A stretch of DNA of 49,270 nt, from NCBI GenBank assembly GCA_964618005.1, contig CAZTZM010000071.1:1-49270 (forward strand), written 5' to 3'. This DNA comes from an uncultured Myxococcales bacterium (GTDB lineage: Bacteria > Myxococcota_A > Polyangia > Fen-1088). The position numbers were made by a program, and so were the translations under genes. The notes under the pieces were generated by a model. It saw only the letters and a program-made list of their open reading frames with translations. It was not told where the DNA came from and ran no database searches. Shown here piece after piece: positions 36,117 to 44,917 of this stretch (position 1 is the stretch's first letter; each line of letters opens with the position of its first letter).

Positions 36117-36818
36117 TCAGCGGTGGCAGGCGGTGCAGGTTTGCAGGTGCGGGACGTTTCGCTCGGTGCTGAGCGCGATCTTCGCGCCGCCCAGGAGCTT
36201 CTCGGGGAGCTCGCTGGCAATCGCCGGCTCCTGGCCGTACCGGTCGGGCTGTCGCTTGTGGCAGTCGAGGCACCACCCCATGGTGAAGAGCCGCTGCTTG
36301 CGGTCGATGGGCATCGTCGTGACGTCGCCGTGGCAGTCGGCGCACTGGATGCCGTTCCTCACGTGCACGGAGTGGTTGAAGAACACGAAGTCGGGGACCA
36401 GGTGCACGCGGTTCCAGGGGATCGGCTGCCCCGAGAAGTAGCTTCGGCGCACGGGTTCGAGCATCGGGCTTTGGTTCCAGACCTGGTTGTGGCACCCCAT
36501 GCAGACCTCGGTCGCTGGAATGCCTGCGTACGCCGAGCGATCCGCGAGATCGTGGCAGTAGAGGCACTGGATGCCGTCATCCTTGACGTGGTGCCGGTGA
36601 TCGAACTGGACCGGCTGCATGACGTCGAACTCGCGGTTGAGGTTGTAGGGGGTGCGCTGGTAGATGATCGGCACGACGAACACGCCGGGGACGGCCAGGG
36701 CGACGGCGCCGAGACCAATTCTCAGGAGTGTGTCGGACCAGACCGGGAACAGCGCGGGCACCCGCCTTCGGTAGGCACGGCGCGTCGCCGGCGCAATGAG
36801 CACCGTCGTGTAATCCAA
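36117..36818 (-). CDS. actA: Alternative Complex III subunit ActA (pentaheme cytochrome c)
   Basis: Five CxxCH motifs (CLYCH, CMGCH, CADCH, CLDCH, CTACH) after one N-terminal TM. The track start at 36818 is TTG. An in-frame GTG at 36761 (VPALFPVWSD...) matches the usual ActA N-terminus better, so the start is uncertain. Confidence 0.88.
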   Translation of the reverse strand: MDYTTVLIAPATRRAYRRRVPALFPVWSDTLLRIGLGAVALAVPGVFVVPIIYQRTPYNLNREFDVMQPVQFDHRHHVKDDGIQCLYCHDLADRSAYAGIPATEVCMGCHNQVWNQSPMLEPVRRSYFSGQPIPWNRVHLVPDFVFFNHSVHVRNGIQCADCHGDVTTMPIDRKQRLFTMGWCLDCHKRQPDRYGQEPAIASELPEKLLGGAKIALSTERNVPHLQTCTACHR

Positions 36819-36910
36819 CGTCGCGTTCCCGCCCCTGGCTGTCCGTGCGCCGACGATCTGGGTGGCGGGCCCTCTTGTCGCCGCGCTGGTGCGGTTCCAA
36901 AGTGGCGCGC

Positions 36911-37222
36911 GTGACCCAACCCTTGCTCGTCAACGCCGCTTGCGCGGTCTTCATCTGGCCGCCGCTCGGCATCGGCATGGGGCTCTTCCTCGCTCTCGCG
37001 TCGCGGGAGCGATCGATCCTGGCGATCGGCTCGTACCTGGTCGCCGGCCTGCTGGGGACCTTCGTCGGCGGCGGCGTGACCTACATTTTTACCTACGAGC
37101 GGGCCCGCCTGGGGGGCTTCTGGACCAGCATCGTGACGAGCCTGTTGGGCGGCCTCGTATTCCTCGGGCTCTGGAAGGCGTGGCTCGACACGAACCGGCC
37201 GTCGCACCCGCCTCGCACCTGA
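36911..37222 (+). CDS. GlsB/YeaQ/YmgE-family (transglycosylase-associated) stress membrane protein
   Basis: Three Gly-rich TM segments (LVAGLLGTFVGGGV, IVTSLLGGLVFLGLW). A GTG at 36911 gives the three-TM form; ATG at 36977 is the alternative start. Confidence 0.6.
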   Translation: MTQPLLVNAACAVFIWPPLGIGMGLFLALASRERSILAIGSYLVAGLLGTFVGGGVTYIFTYERARLGGFWTSIVTSLLGGLVFLGLWKAWLDTNRPSHPPRT

Positions 37223-37358
37223 CGTCGGCGCCCGCACGCGGCCCACGCGCTCTCGGCTCTCGACGTGTCGCAGCCATCGGGCCGGGGGGGGCACCGTCAG
37301 TTACGTGTTGACGGCGAGCGACCGCGATACACATTGGCGGCGAAGTCAGAAGGAGATC

Positions 37359-37868
37359 ATGCCCATGCACGCAAGAGTTGTCCTAGGCGCCTCGGCTGCG
37401 GTGTTGCTTCTCGGGAGCGTGGCTCGGGCCGCGGATCCGCCGTCCACGGCGGATGTCCTCGGGAAGCTGCATCACGCCAACGAGACCGAGATCGCGATGG
37501 GGAAGGTCGCCGAGAAAGACGGTCATTCCAGTGAGGTCAAGGCATTCGGCAAGATGCTCGTCAAGGACCACACGGCGGCCGACAAGAAGGTCGGCGCGCT
37601 CGCCAAACAAGAGAAGATCGACCTCGGAAACATGCCGGCCATGCCGGAAATGGCGCAGCCCGAGCCTGGTCCTGGGTTCGACGACAAGTTCGCGCAGATG
37701 ATGCTGGAGGCTCACAAGAAGGATATCGCGGCCCTGACGGCGGCTCGCGACACCACCTCCGACGACAAGCTGAAGAAGCTGCTGACCGCGGTGCTGCCGA
37801 CCTTGCAGAAGCACGAGGACACCGCCCAAAAAATCCTGGATGCCCAAGTCAAGAACCCGCATACGTAG
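37359..37868 (+). CDS. DUF4142-domain periplasmic protein
   Basis: AGGAGA lies 3 nt before ATG 37359. Signal peptide ...GSVARAADP. Two ferritin-like repeats (LHHANETEIAMGKVAEKDGHSSEVKAFGKMLVKDH / FAQMMLEAHKKDIAAL...LPTLQKHEDTAQ). Confidence 0.8.
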   Translation: MPMHARVVLGASAAVLLLGSVARAADPPSTADVLGKLHHANETEIAMGKVAEKDGHSSEVKAFGKMLVKDHTAADKKVGALAKQEKIDLGNMPAMPEMAQPEPGPGFDDKFAQMMLEAHKKDIAALTAARDTTSDDKLKKLLTAVLPTLQKHEDTAQKILDAQVKNPHT

Positions 37869-37892
37869 CCGGGGAACACGGCGAATGGAGGG

Positions 37893-38342
37893 GTGGTGCA
37901 TAAGAGCCAGGCCCTGAAGACCATCCGGCGGGGGCTCTTCGCCGGGATCGCGGGTACGCTCGTGCTCTCGGTCTTCGACCGTCTCGAACGCCGCCTCCTT
38001 GGGCGAGAGCCTCTCTATGCTCCCAGTCGCATCGCGGCCCGTCTTGCGGCGCGGTTCGGGATCGAGCTGAGCGCGACCGCTGCACGCCGGGCTGGCTGGG
38101 CGCTGCGCGCCGTGTACGGCCCGTCCCTCGGCGTCGCGGGAGCGTGGCTCGATCCTGGGACTGGTCGTCGGACGAGCCGCGCCTGCCGTCACGGCCTCGC
38201 GATCTCCGTGTTTGAGCTGACGGTCTCGCCGTTGGTCGGCGCCGCACCGCCGCTTGCCAGGTGGCCGCTCTCCGAGGTGTTCCTGCTCGTTGCGCACGCC
38301 ACGGCCTTCGCCGCGGGGGCTGAGCTCGCTTCTCCCGAGTAG
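37893..38342 (+). CDS. Hypothetical membrane protein
   Basis: GGAGG immediately upstream of tandem GTG codons at 37893/37896, 24 nt after the DUF4142 stop. G/C3-biased. Hydrophobic segments GLFAGIAGTLVLSVF and VFLLVAHATAFAAGA. No family recognised. Confidence 0.4.
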   Translation: MVHKSQALKTIRRGLFAGIAGTLVLSVFDRLERRLLGREPLYAPSRIAARLAARFGIELSATAARRAGWALRAVYGPSLGVAGAWLDPGTGRRTSRACRHGLAISVFELTVSPLVGAAPPLARWPLSEVFLLVAHATAFAAGAELASPE

Positions 38343-38352
38343 CGGCCGCGAC

Positions 38353-38733
38353 TCAGTCGTTTCCGGCGAAGGCTATGGTGCTCAGCAACGCACTGGCGGA
38401 CTGACGGGTGTCGAGCCGGGTGTGTTGCACCACCACGGGGACATCGGATTCGATGACACTGCTGAAGTTTGTGCCCCGCGGAATGGTCTCCGGCTCGTGG
38501 AGATCGTTGAAGCGCAGGTGCTTCGTCCGGCGCGGTCCAATCGTGAGCGTGAAGGGTCCCGCCGGATCCCGATCGCTGTAAAAGACCGTGATCGCGACGT
38601 GCGCCTCCTCATCGGAGGCGTTCAGGATGCAGGCGGTTTCGTGGCTGGTGAACTCCGGGGCGGGGCCGTGGCTCCCCTCGGGGATGTAGCCCTCGGCGAT
38701 CGCCCAACGCTTGCGTCCGATCGTCAGCGACAT
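38353..38733 (-). CDS. Sensory rhodopsin transducer (ASRT)-family protein
   Basis: 126 aa from MSLTIGRKRWAIAEGYIPEGSHGPAPEFTSHETACILNASDEEAHVAITVFYSDRDPAGPFTL...RTKHLRFNDL...VVVQHTRLDTRQSASALLSTIAF. This is collinear with my recollection of Anabaena ASRT and its homologs. GAGG lies 9 nt upstream of ATG 38733. Confidence 0.8.
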   Translation of the reverse strand: MSLTIGRKRWAIAEGYIPEGSHGPAPEFTSHETACILNASDEEAHVAITVFYSDRDPAGPFTLTIGPRRTKHLRFNDLHEPETIPRGTNFSSVIESDVPVVVQHTRLDTRQSASALLSTIAFAGND

Positions 38734-38824
38734 GGTCGATACCTCTACGACAAAGGTGCAGACGCCGTTGCCGTGCACAAGGTCGGCGGCTTGTCTATCC
38801 GCTCGACACGCCCATGATCAACCG

Positions 38825-39952
38825 ATGAACGCAGCGACGCATCAGCCGTGGCGCGACCTGCCGGCTGGGCCGGCCGTGGAGGCCCTGCAGGTCTCAACCT
38901 ACGTCGTCCCGACCGACGCTCCGGAGTCGGATGGAACGCTGGAGTGGGACCGAACGACGCTGGTTCTGGTCGAGCTCTCGGCCGGCGACGCCAGGGGGAT
39001 TGGGTATACGTACGCCGACGCCGCGACGGCCGAGGTGGTCCGGGCTCATCTGTCAGCCGTCGTGGTGGGACAGGATGTGTTCGCGACGGCGGCGATCTAT
39101 GCCCGAATGGTTCAAACCATCCGCAATCTCGGCCGTCCCGGGATCGTGTCGATGGCGATCTCGGCGGTCGATGCGGCGCTGTGGGACGCCAAGGCGCGGC
39201 TGCTCGGGGTGCCGCTGTTCAGGCTGCTGGGGGAGGCGCGCCCGCAGGTCGCGGTCTACGGCAGCGGGGGCTTCACGTCCTACGGACCCGCCCGACTCAC
39301 CGAGCAGCTGGGTGGCTGGGCCGCCGAAGGCCTGCGGTTCGTGAAGATGAAGGTGGGGCGCCAGCCGGGGGACGATCCGACCCGGGTGCGAACGGCGCGC
39401 CAGGCGATCGGCCCCGGCACTGAGCTCTTCGTCGACGCCAACGGCGCCTACGACCGCAAGCAGGCGCTGGCTCTGGCCGAGCGGTTCGCGGCCGAGGATG
39501 TCCGTTGGTTCGAGGAGCCGGTCAGCTCCGACGATCTCGAGGGGTTGCGCCTCTTGCGCGATCGCGGGCCGGCCGGGATGGCGATCGCGGCCGGCGAGTA
39601 CGGCTACGATCCCTTCTACTTCCGGCGCATGCTGGAGGCGGATGCCGTCGACGTCCTGCAAGCGGACGCCTCGCGCTGCGGGGGCGTCACCGGCTTCCTG
39701 CTCGCGCACGCGCTGTGTGAGGCGCGCGGGATGGCGCTCTCCGCCCATTGTGCGCCCGCGTTGCACATGCACCTCGGCTGCGCGCTCAACCGGATCTGCC
39801 ATCTCGAATACTTCCACGACCACCAGCGCATCGAGCGGATGCTGTTCGACGGGGCGGTCGTTCCGCGCGGCGGAGCGCTGGCGCCGGACTCCAGCCGTCC
39901 GGGGCTCGGCCTCGAGTTCAAGCACCAGGACGCGCGGCGCTTCGCGGTCTGA
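38825..39952 (+). CDS. Enolase-superfamily enzyme (mandelate racemase / muconate lactonizing enzyme family)
   Basis: 375 aa with capping domain plus barrel: AISAVDAALWDAKARLLGVPLFRLLG, FVKMKVG, LFVDANGAY, RWFEEP, IAAGEY (metal-ligand positions). The specific substrate cannot be read from the sequence. Confidence 0.88.
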   Translation: MNAATHQPWRDLPAGPAVEALQVSTYVVPTDAPESDGTLEWDRTTLVLVELSAGDARGIGYTYADAATAEVVRAHLSAVVVGQDVFATAAIYARMVQTIRNLGRPGIVSMAISAVDAALWDAKARLLGVPLFRLLGEARPQVAVYGSGGFTSYGPARLTEQLGGWAAEGLRFVKMKVGRQPGDDPTRVRTARQAIGPGTELFVDANGAYDRKQALALAERFAAEDVRWFEEPVSSDDLEGLRLLRDRGPAGMAIAAGEYGYDPFYFRRMLEADAVDVLQADASRCGGVTGFLLAHALCEARGMALSAHCAPALHMHLGCALNRICHLEYFHDHQRIERMLFDGAVVPRGGALAPDSSRPGLGLEFKHQDARRFAV

Positions 39953-39977
39953 GCGACGCGGGCTTCATGCGCCCCGG

Positions 39978-42900
39978 TCAACGGGCGTGCTCTTTCGTCG
40001 GATCGTGAGCGACCGCGGCGGCGGGGCTCGGGTGGCGTTGCTCTTCGAGCGCCAGCTGCAGCACCTCGGCGAGGTGCAAGGGCTTCCGATCGGTGGCCTG
40101 CAGGATCTGTTGCCGGCAGCTGAATCCGTCGGCGATGACGAGCGTGTCAGCGTCGGCCGCGCGAACGGCCGGCAGCAGGACCCGCTCGGCGGCCGCCATC
40201 GAGACGTCGTAGTGGTCAGCCTCGAAGCCAAACGAGCCGGCCATCCCGCAGCAGCCGGAGTCGAGGAGCTGGTAGTCGAGGCCGAGCTTGTCGAGCAGCG
40301 AGGTCTCCTTGCTCATTCCAATCACGGCCTTGTGGTGGCAATGGCCGTGCACGATCGCGCGGCGGTTCAACTTCGGCGGCTGGTAGCCCTCGTGCTCCAG
40401 GAACTCGCTCAAGAGCCAGGTCTGCTTGGCGAGTCGCTGGGCGTCGTCGTCGTGGGGCAGGAGGCCGATGAGCTCGTCCCGGAAGGCCGCCACGCAGCTC
40501 GGCTCGAGGCCGACCAGCGGGATGCCGGCCCGGATCTCTGGCCGCAGGTGCTCGAGGATCTCGCCCCACAGGCGCTTGGCGACCGTCAGCATCCCCCAGT
40601 CGTAGAGGGGGCGCCCGCAGCACAGCAGTCGCTTGGGTATCTCGACCTCGTAGCCGGCGCTCTCGAGGACATCGACGGCGGCGCGCGCCGCCCCCGTCAT
40701 GAGGAAGTTGTTGAAGGTGTCGGGCCAGAGGATCACGCGCCGGTGATGCACCTGGCCCTCGGGCGTGGTCGAGGCGTCGGCGGGGACGGGCGCCGGTGAA
40801 GAGCCGGCGTCAATCCGCCGCGTCGGCTGGCGCCTGGCGAACCAGCGCCGGAAGGTCGGCAGCGCGAAGGCCGGCAAGCGGCGCTTCTGCGACACGCCCG
40901 CCACCCACTTGAGCAGCGACGAGAACGGCGGCGTGCGGGCGAAGAAGTTCGCCACCTTCGCGAGGGGTGCCGCCAGGCGCGCCCACCAGTAGATGAGTCC
41001 CATCGCGTAGGCGGCGCGCGGGCGGAGCCGGCGCTCGTAATAGTGAGAGAGGAACTCTGCCTTGTAGGTGGCCATGTCGACGTTGACCGGACACTCGCCT
41101 TTGCAGCCCTTGCAAGCGAGGCACAGGTCCAGCGCCTGCTTGACGTTCTCGTCCCGCCACCCGTCGGTGATCACCTGGCCTTCAGCCATCTCGAAGAGAA
41201 GCCGCGCGCGGCCGCGCGTCGAGTCCTCTTCCTCACGGGTCACCATGTAGCTCGGGCACATGAGGCCCCCGTCGACCCGCCGGCAGGCGCCGACGCCAAC
41301 GCAGCGGCCGGCCGCCTGGGCGAACGAGCCTTGGTCGTCCGGGAACGCGAAGTGGGTGGCCAGCTGCCTGGGAGCGTGGTCCGGCCCCCGGCGGAGGTTC
41401 TGATCGGGGGCGAAGGCGTCGACCACCTTGCCGGGATTCATCTTGCCGGCGGGATCCCAGAGGCGCTTGAACTCGCCGAAGGCGCGAACGAGGTCCTCGC
41501 CGAACATCTTCGGCAGGAGCCAGGCGCGCGCCTGGCCGTCGCCGTGCTCGCCCGAGAGCGAGCCGCCGTTCGCCACCACCAGGTCGGCGGCTCGGTCGAG
41601 AAAAGCCAGCCAGTGCTTGACGCCGTCAGCGGTCGAGAAGTCGAAGTCGATGCGGCAGTGGACGCACCCCTGGCCGAAGTGTCCGTAGAGCGCGGCGTGG
41701 TAGCCAAACTCGTCGAGCAACCCGCGGAAGGCGCGCAGATAGACCCCCAGCTTCTCGGGCGGCACGGCGGCGTCCTCCCAGCCGGGATGCGTCTCTTTCA
41801 TGCCGGGCACCAGCGCCGTCGCACCGAGGCCCGACTCGCGCACCTCCCACAGCTTGTGCTCCTGCTTCTCGTCGTCGTAGAGCTTCATCGACGGTGGATG
41901 TCGGTCGGCCTTCAGCCGCGCCATCATCTGGCGGGCCTGGGCGTCGGTGTCCGCCTTGGTCGGTCCGCCGAACTCGACCATCAACCAGCCTTTGCCTTCG
42001 GGCAGCATGCTCACGTCCTCGGGATGCATCCCCTTTTTCTTCATGTAGCCGATGAGCTCGTCGTCGATCCCTTCCAGGCCCACCGGCCTGTGCTTCATGA
42101 CCTCGACGACGTGGTCGGCCGCTGAATAGACGTCTTCGTACCCGAGCACCAACAGAGTGCGCGCCGGCTTCTCCTCGATCAGGGTGACCGTCGCCTCGAG
42201 GACCACCACGCAGGTCCCTTCGGTGCCGACCAGGGCCTGCGCCACCTGAAAGTGGTTCTCCTCGAGCAGGGCATCCAGATTGTAGCCGGAGACCCGGCGC
42301 GGGATGGGCGGGTAGCGGGCGCGGATCTCCTGGGCGTAGCGATCGCGCAGGGCGCGCAGCCCGCGGTAGATCTCGGCGCGGCGGTCTCCACCGGCGACGA
42401 TCCGCTCGAATTCCGCCGGCGACGTGCGGCCGACGATGAACCGCTCGCCGTCATAGGTGAGGACGTCGAGCTGAACGACCTGGTGCCGCGTGAGCGGCCC
42501 CGGTCCATAGAGCTGCGCCATCACCGAATGGACGCCGCAGGAGTTGTTCCCGATCATCCCCCCCAGCGTGTTTCGGCTGTGGGTAGCGGGGTCGGGCCCG
42601 AAGGTGAGCCCGTGCGCGCGCGCCTCCTGGCGCAGCTGATCGAGGTTGCAGCCGGGCTGCACCCGGGCGAGCTTGGCGGCAGGATCGATCTCCAGCACGC
42701 GGTTCATGTACTTCGAGTAGTCGATGATCACGGAGGCGTTGCAGGTTTGCCCGGCCAGGCTGGTGCCGCCGCCGCGTGAGGTGAGGGGCGCGCCGTGCTT
42801 GCGACAGATCGCCACCGTGCCGATCACGTCCTCGACGGTCCGTGGCAGGACCACCCCGATCGGGATTTGCCGGTAGTTGGACGAGTCGGTCGAATAGGCG

Positions 42901-43049
42901 GCGCGGCTGCCGTCGTCGAAGCGCACCTCGCCGCTGATCGCGCGCCGCAGCTCGGTCGCCAGCGCGTCGGCGTCGGCCACTTGGCCGGCGGTGGTGCCGG
43001 TCTTTGCCGAGCCGACGGTGGGTCGTCCCGGATAGTGGACCGGCTGCAC
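39978..43049 (-). CDS. FAD-binding (PCMH/GlcD-like) oxidase fused to 4Fe-4S and CCG (GlcF/HdrD-like) domains, E. coli YdiJ-like architecture
   Basis: SRGGGTSLAGQ FAD motif, CLACKGCKGECP cluster, and two CCG motifs (LLCCGRP, SGCCGMAG). No in-frame ATG near the N-terminus; the candidates are GTG 43049 (used here) or GTG 42980. The 1704-aa track ORF continues upstream only as a shadow of the TPP gene. Confidence 0.85.
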   Translation of the reverse strand: MQPVHYPGRPTVGSAKTGTTAGQVADADALATELRRAISGEVRFDDGSRAAYSTDSSNYRQIPIGVVLPRTVEDVIGTVAICRKHGAPLTSRGGGTSLAGQTCNASVIIDYSKYMNRVLEIDPAAKLARVQPGCNLDQLRQEARAHGLTFGPDPATHSRNTLGGMIGNNSCGVHSVMAQLYGPGPLTRHQVVQLDVLTYDGERFIVGRTSPAEFERIVAGGDRRAEIYRGLRALRDRYAQEIRARYPPIPRRVSGYNLDALLEENHFQVAQALVGTEGTCVVVLEATVTLIEEKPARTLLVLGYEDVYSAADHVVEVMKHRPVGLEGIDDELIGYMKKKGMHPEDVSMLPEGKGWLMVEFGGPTKADTDAQARQMMARLKADRHPPSMKLYDDEKQEHKLWEVRESGLGATALVPGMKETHPGWEDAAVPPEKLGVYLRAFRGLLDEFGYHAALYGHFGQGCVHCRIDFDFSTADGVKHWLAFLDRAADLVVANGGSLSGEHGDGQARAWLLPKMFGEDLVRAFGEFKRLWDPAGKMNPGKVVDAFAPDQNLRRGPDHAPRQLATHFAFPDDQGSFAQAAGRCVGVGACRRVDGGLMCPSYMVTREEEDSTRGRARLLFEMAEGQVITDGWRDENVKQALDLCLACKGCKGECPVNVDMATYKAEFLSHYYERRLRPRAAYAMGLIYWWARLAAPLAKVANFFARTPPFSSLLKWVAGVSQKRRLPAFALPTFRRWFARRQPTRRIDAGSSPAPVPADASTTPEGQVHHRRVILWPDTFNNFLMTGAARAAVDVLESAGYEVEIPKRLLCCGRPLYDWGMLTVAKRLWGEILEHLRPEIRAGIPLVGLEPSCVAAFRDELIGLLPHDDDAQRLAKQTWLLSEFLEHEGYQPPKLNRRAIVHGHCHHKAVIGMSKETSLLDKLGLDYQLLDSGCCGMAGSFGFEADHYDVSMAAAERVLLPAVRAADADTLVIADGFSCRQQILQATDRKPLHLAEVLQLALEEQRHPSPAAAVAHDPTKEHAR

Positions 43050-43120
43050 CTGGAGATGGAGTCGCGCTGCCGGGGCCCCAGGGTTGCCGGGCCGGGTTCC
43101 GGGTAGTGACCGCCGCTCCA

Positions 43121-44917
43121 CTACGAGCGCTTCCGGTGCGGCAGGAACTTCGCGACCAGCTCGGTGAAGCTCTGGTGGATGATGCCTCCCTCGTCGGGAT
43201 CGCCCTTGAAGAGCGTGGAGGTGTACTTGGCGGCTTGCTCCAGGGTGATGTGGGGCGGCAGCGGCGGGACGTCGGGATCGGTCACCACCTCGACGACGAC
43301 CGGGCGATCGGCCTTGAAAGCGACCTCCCAGGCCGGCGCGATCGCCTCCGGCGTGTCGACCCGAATTCCGCGCAACCCGAGCATGTCCGCGTAGCGCGCG
43401 TAGGCGAAGTCGCAGACATCCTGTGAAGCGTCGAACTTCGGGTTCCCCTCCATGACCCGCATCTCCCAGGTGACCTGGTTGAGATCGCCGTTGTTGAGCA
43501 CCAGGACCACCAGCCGCGGATCCGACCACTCTTTCCAGTAGTGCGCGATGGTGAGGAGTCCGTTGTTGCCGAGCATTTGCAGCGCGCCGTCTCCCACCAT
43601 CGCGACGGGCACGCGCTCCGGGTAGGCGAACTTGGCGGCGATCGCGTAAGGCACGCCTGGACACATGGTGGCCAGGTTGCCCGAGAGGCTGGCCATCATG
43701 CCGGGACGGATCTTGATGTCGCGCGCGTACCAGTTGGCCGACGAGCCCGAGTCCGAGCTCAAGATCGCGTTGTCGGGCAGGCGGGGCGAAAGCTCCCGAA
43801 ACACACGCTGGGGATTGATGGGATTGGCGGGCTGCATCGCCCGCGCCTCCATCAGCTCCCACCACTCCTCGAGGTGGCCGGCGATCTGCTTCCGCCAGGC
43901 GCGGTCTTCCTTGCGCCGGAGCAGCGGAATGAGCGCGCGCAGCGTCTCCTTGCTGTCTCCGGTCAGGTTGAGCTCCATCGGATAGCGGATCCCGAGCATC
44001 TTCGGGTCGAGATCGATCTGGACGCCGCGCGCCTGGCCTTCGCGGGGGAGAAACTCCGAGTAGGGAAAGCTGGAGCCGACCATCAGCAGCGTGTCGCAAT
44101 CCATCATCAGATCCCAGCTCGGCTTGGTCCCGAGGAGCCCGATGGAGCCGGTCACGAACGGTAACTCGTCGGGAACCACCGCCTTGCCCAGCAGCGCCTT
44201 GGCGATCCCGGCGCCCAGCAGCTCGGCGACCTCCAGGACCTCGGCCGAGGCCTGCAGCGCGCCCGCGCCGACCAGCATGGCCACCTTCTTCCCCTCGTTG
44301 AGGATGGCGGCGGCCTTCCGCAGATCGTCGTCGGTGGGGACGACCCGCGGCTCGCTGTAAGCGTGGCTGGAGTGCACGGTGCCGTGGGCGCGCGGCGGCG
44401 TCTCGACGGCGTCGATGTCCTGGACATCGTTCGGAAGGACGAGGCAGGTGACGGTCCGCTCCGCCTTGGCGATGCGGAACGCGCGGTCGACCAGGTGCCG
44501 CACCTGCGCTGGATCCGAGACCATGTGGACGTACTCGTGCGCGACATCCTTGAAAAGGGAGATCAAGTCGACCTCCTGCTGGTACGAACCGCCAATCGCC
44601 TTGCGCGACTGCTGCCCCACGATGGCGACCACCGGCTGATGGTCCATCTTGGCGTCGTAGAGACCGTTCAGCAGGTGGATGGCGCCCGGGCCGGAGGTGG
44701 CCAGGCAGACCCCCACCTCGCCCGTGAACTTGGCGTGTGCGCAGGCCATGAACGCCGCCATCTCCTCGTGGCTCGTGCGCACGAGCTTGAAGCGATCTCC
44801 GGCGCGCTGCACAGCGCCCATGAGGCCGTTGATTCCGTCGCCGGGGAAGCCGTAGATGCGCTTGACGCCCCAGAGCGACAACCGCTGCAACAAGAAATCG
44901 CTGACCGTCGTCGACAT
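43121..44917 (-). CDS. Thiamine-pyrophosphate enzyme of the pyruvate oxidase / pyruvate:quinone oxidoreductase (PoxB-like) family
   Basis: MSTTVSDFLLQRLSLWGVKRIYGFPGDGINGL...SGPGAIHLLNGLYDA is collinear with E. coli PoxB as I remember it. TPP motif GDGALQMLGNNGLLT...VLNNGDLN. GGGAAGGA upstream of ATG 44917. Confidence 0.88.
   Translation of the reverse strand: MSTTVSDFLLQRLSLWGVKRIYGFPGDGINGLMGAVQRAGDRFKLVRTSHEEMAAFMACAHAKFTGEVGVCLATSGPGAIHLLNGLYDAKMDHQPVVAIVGQQSRKAIGGSYQQEVDLISLFKDVAHEYVHMVSDPAQVRHLVDRAFRIAKAERTVTCLVLPNDVQDIDAVETPPRAHGTVHSSHAYSEPRVVPTDDDLRKAAAILNEGKKVAMLVGAGALQASAEVLEVAELLGAGIAKALLGKAVVPDELPFVTGSIGLLGTKPSWDLMMDCDTLLMVGSSFPYSEFLPREGQARGVQIDLDPKMLGIRYPMELNLTGDSKETLRALIPLLRRKEDRAWRKQIAGHLEEWWELMEARAMQPANPINPQRVFRELSPRLPDNAILSSDSGSSANWYARDIKIRPGMMASLSGNLATMCPGVPYAIAAKFAYPERVPVAMVGDGALQMLGNNGLLTIAHYWKEWSDPRLVVLVLNNGDLNQVTWEMRVMEGNPKFDASQDVCDFAYARYADMLGLRGIRVDTPEAIAPAWEVAFKADRPVVVEVVTDPDVPPLPPHITLEQAAKYTSTLFKGDPDEGGIIHQSFTELVAKFLPHRKRS

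Noticed and set aside
33179-36172. 997-aa plus-strand ORF (similarly 3720..5756, 14006..16291, 10767..12695, 24757..26724, 20673..22508 and 27479..29395)
   Set aside because: These are antisense to strongly supported genes (actB, pst genes, DUF58/moxR, batB-C, actC/actF, ClC, coxA). Their translations are low-complexity, Arg/Gly/Asp/His-rich and lack motifs. They are typical GC-rich shadow ORFs.
36819-36910. Sigma54-like TGGAACC-GCAC-CAGC on the minus strand upstream of actA
   Set aside because: Only the GG and GC dinucleotides and their spacing match, and the TTGC of the -12 element is absent. A match this weak is expected by chance in GC-rich DNA.
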